A DNA stretch of 64,000 nucleotides from Vicugna vicugna (taxonomy: Eukaryota): positions 186,001 through 250,000 of the forward strand of contig MU062626.1 of the NCBI GenBank assembly GCA_013265495.1, in the 5' to 3' direction. The translations under genes were made by a program, and so were the position numbers. Positions within the stretch are counted from its first letter, which is position 1; each line of letters starts with the position of its first letter. The notes under the pieces were generated by a model. It ran no database searches and was not told the DNA's origin. It saw nothing but the letters and a program-made list of their open reading frames with translations. Positions 60,906-64,000 of this stretch are shown one piece after another.

Positions 60906-63421
60906 CTGCATTAAAACGTTTGCAGGGTCAGGATGTCCAGTGATTAAAAAACTGTAGGAGAAAAGCAACAGGATCCAAATATCCTACATCACCAGAACCC
61001 AGGCTCCGTGTGTGTGGACGACATCAGTGCTGGTCCTGACAGTTTTGATTTTCTTCCTTCCGGTCACATGGTGGGACTGCACATCTGTCCCCTCTCTCTT
61101 GAAAACAGATGTGGCCAGAGACCTGGGCTTGGCTAGTGAAATGTGGGGAGAAGGGCCATCTGCCATTTCCAGCTGGAAGATGCTCAGAGCCCGCGTGTGA
61201 TTTTACAGCTCCCTTCCCCCTGTGGGGGTGAGCAGTGAGGCTCCAGGTGACCTCGGCGTGGTCATCTTGGTCCTTGAGTGAGGAGGGCACGTCTGGAGCT
61301 CTCCCCTCCGGCCCGGGCTGGATGTGGAGCACGAGAAAGGACTCCACCTTCATGGTTTCAGGTCACTGAGCTTTTAGAGTTGTTTGTTCTATTGACTAAT
61401 ATAACAAGGTACACATTTTACCTCATTTAATTTGTACATTGTCCATAGGAGGCAGTCACTCTCCCTACCTACCACTGGGGACAGTGATCTTACAGAGATT
61501 AAATTTGCCAAAAATCCCACAGCTACTAAGAGGCAGAGCTGAAATTCAGATCCAATTCTGGCTGATTCCGTGGCTTGAGCTCTTAAACATAAGCTTGTTC
61601 GACTTCTCAGTATATGACTGCACACATATGTGATGGTCCGTATGGGTGAAAACACGCTCATCAGAGCTTCTATAGCCTCATTCAGAACAGAGAACCACCG
61701 AAATCCTTTCAAAATCCAGTGGCATGTCATCAACCTAGAGAGAAGCTGATGAGAACTGTGAGTCTCGTGTTTTCTCGGACAGCAATATACAGTGAATTAA
61801 ATATTAAAACCCACTCGAAGGTAATTTGGGTTTGATGACTTTGAAAGGGGACTGGAAATAGTTCCTACTTGGGTACAATTATATTTATCCCACCTGTCTC
61901 CATTTAGGCATTTCAAAAGCCCCAGTGGCTTTGCCTAAAAACAAAATTGACAAACCAAAAAAAAAAAAAAAAAAGCCTGAAGAACCTATTTTAGGAGGCC
62001 TAGCATATTCTTTCCCTCTGTGTGGATTCAGAAGCCAGACTCTGAAGGTCATGGGAGAACATGGACCAGGGCAGCAGGAGCACACCTCAGGTGCACGTGG
62101 CTCCAGGCTTCAGAATCTCTAACAGTGACGAGCCCACCTGCAAGCTAACATGCAATGCAGAGCTGGGGTGGGCAGCAATGCTCCTATTTCTAAGATTCCA
62201 TGACTGACAACCCCATCCTCTTCTCATTGGAGGAGTTGGGTCCTGTTGTCATCGTTGGTTTAGACTTTGACAGTGGTTTTCTATATTTCGATTTAGACCA
62301 ATTATGATTTGAATTCGATTTCCAGGTTAGGGAAGGGGAGGGCGCCTTATTCTTTATGTGTAAGACTATATCTAGCAAGCAGGTAAGCATTTCTTCACAA
62401 ATGAAGAAAACTACTTTTACAAATTTAGGATGATAGAGTCATTTCATTTGCAGAAAAAAAATGTTATAATGGATTTATTTCAAGATATCAGCCATAGTGC
62501 ATGTATGAATATAAATACACACCTACACACTATGTATACATATATTATGTGTATATATAAAATGAGGTCTAATTAAGAAGAATTGCTGAGCCCCTTCTTG
62601 TGGGACCATGTGCTTTGCTCATGACTGTGAACAAGTTGACGTGTAGATGAGTTTTTATTTTACTCATGTCTCAGAGCGAAAAAAAGGATAAGGGACAGGC
62701 AGAGTCCCCCAGATAGGTTAGAATGTGGTCCTTTAAAGACTAGTCTCTCACAATGTAGTGAATCTCACATTCAGTATCAAAGGGACTCCTACAAAATGCG
62801 AGGTGGAACCTGCAAGACACAGGTTCATCTTTCAGCTGCAGGCTTCTACCTTTTCATTGAAATTAAAGAGGCCTGTTAGGAAGAGGTTTGGATAGCACAT
62901 TTCTGGACTCATGAAGGGCCTTCTGGACTAATCATCCTAAAAAAGATGTAAGAATATCTGGGGTTTCAGAGAACTCTGTTGGATTCTATGAGCATCAAAG
63001 AAAACACTGGGATCCTTCTGTTAACAAATCTCATTGTAAGGAAAGCTAGATAAAGGAAGCCATGAAGACAGAAGAAATTGTGGGCACTAATGAAAAGCCA
63101 GGAGAAGAGAAAATCAATAATCCCTTGTGTGTGGCTCTGAACATCTTTCTCTGTGGTCAGGAAATAGGCGTGTGTGTATGTGTGTGAATCCACACACTTG
63201 TGCTCCAAGAGGGGGCTGGAGTAGAGATAACGGCAGAGAGATGGATGAAGTTCTTGCCAAATTGTGTGTGAATTAAAGAGTCCCATTAGAAAGACTAAAA
63301 GATGTGCCCTGGGAATGGGACGTAGTGGCTTTGCTTTGAAGGCACAAAGGGGCTGAGGCTGGGAAGGTGTAACAGTCCTGAAGCCTTGAGGTGACTGGAG
63401 AACTTGAATGGCCCAATGGCA

Positions 63422-63847
63422 AGTTTGTGGATTGAATGGTGTCCCCTTAAAAGACATTTCAAATCTTAACCCCTGGTACCTGTGAATGTGACCTTATTTA
63501 GAATCAGGGTCTTTGCAGTTGTAATCAAGTTCAGATGAGATTGCATTGGATTAGTATGGCTCTAATTCAGGGACTCATATCCTTACACAAAAGAGGGAAG
63601 AGGACCATGTGATGACAAAGGCAGAGATTGGAATGATGCTGCTACAAGCTGAGAATGTCAGGGATTTCCAGCAACCACCAGAAGCTAGGAAGAGGCCTGG
63701 AAGGGTTCTTCCCTGGAAGTTTCAGTGGGAATATGGCCCTGCCTACCTCCTGGATTTCAGACTTCTAGCCTCCAGACTGTGAGACAATAAATTTCTACTG
63801 CAGAAGCCACTCGATTTGTAGTTTTGGTATGGCAGGAAAATAGGACA
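63422..63847 (+). mobile_element. MLT1C/B-type LTR
   Basis: tggattgaatggtgtcccc...cccctggtacctgtgaatgtgaccttattt...cagacttctagcctccagactgtgagacaataaatttct. Confidence 0.88.
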
Positions 63848-64000
63848 GTAAGCCAAGAGCCATCAACTTTAGCATCAGGGCAGAGGGAGAAGGTGAGCAG
63901 AACTTGGAATACAGGTGGGCAGTGAAGACTCAGAGGTACTGGGAGCTGAGAGAGTCTGTTGATTGACACCAGGTACACACTGAAAAGGGGTGGTTGACTG

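Noticed and set aside
1-64000. The many 60-194 aa ORFs in the ORF track
   Set aside because: None resembles a protein I recognise; most overlap MIR/L2/L1/LTR fossils or GC-rich DNA, and their lengths are within chance expectation.
1-64000. CRISPR arrays, rRNA, snRNA/snoRNA, operons or intact retroviral gag/pol/env
   Set aside because: No regularly spaced repeat-spacer arrays or recognisable structural-RNA sequences; all LTRs are solo, without primer-binding sites or internal coding regions.

Overview
Mammalian genomic DNA, almost entirely non-coding (large intron or intergenic region), with a 179-bp assembly gap at 7244-7422. There are no prokaryotic features, rRNA, CRISPR array or long ORF, and I cannot name a gene. 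The ORF track is essentially chance ORFs in repeats and GC-rich DNA. The repeats are old eutherian classes (MIR, L2, L1M, MLT/MER LTRs, hAT and Tigger fossils) plus cetartiodactyl-type L1 stubs and one tRNA-Ala-derived SINE. I saw no Alu, B1, Bov-A, PRE1, ERE or SINEC elements, so a camelid source is most likely (inference). The clearest structure is a four-level nested insertion at 28.6-30.1 kb: an LTR inside an LTR inside an LTR inside an old L1, each LTR with its own target-site duplication (TSD). Also notable: three CpG-rich, repeat-free islands with homeodomain motifs (probable developmental enhancers), several unverified splice-flanked open exon candidates (best 47170-47295), and a fold-back hairpin at an L1 5' junction. 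I found no convincing new biological system. Repeat family names come from recalled consensus sequences and need RepeatMasker/Dfam confirmation. Boundaries without a stated TSD are approximate.
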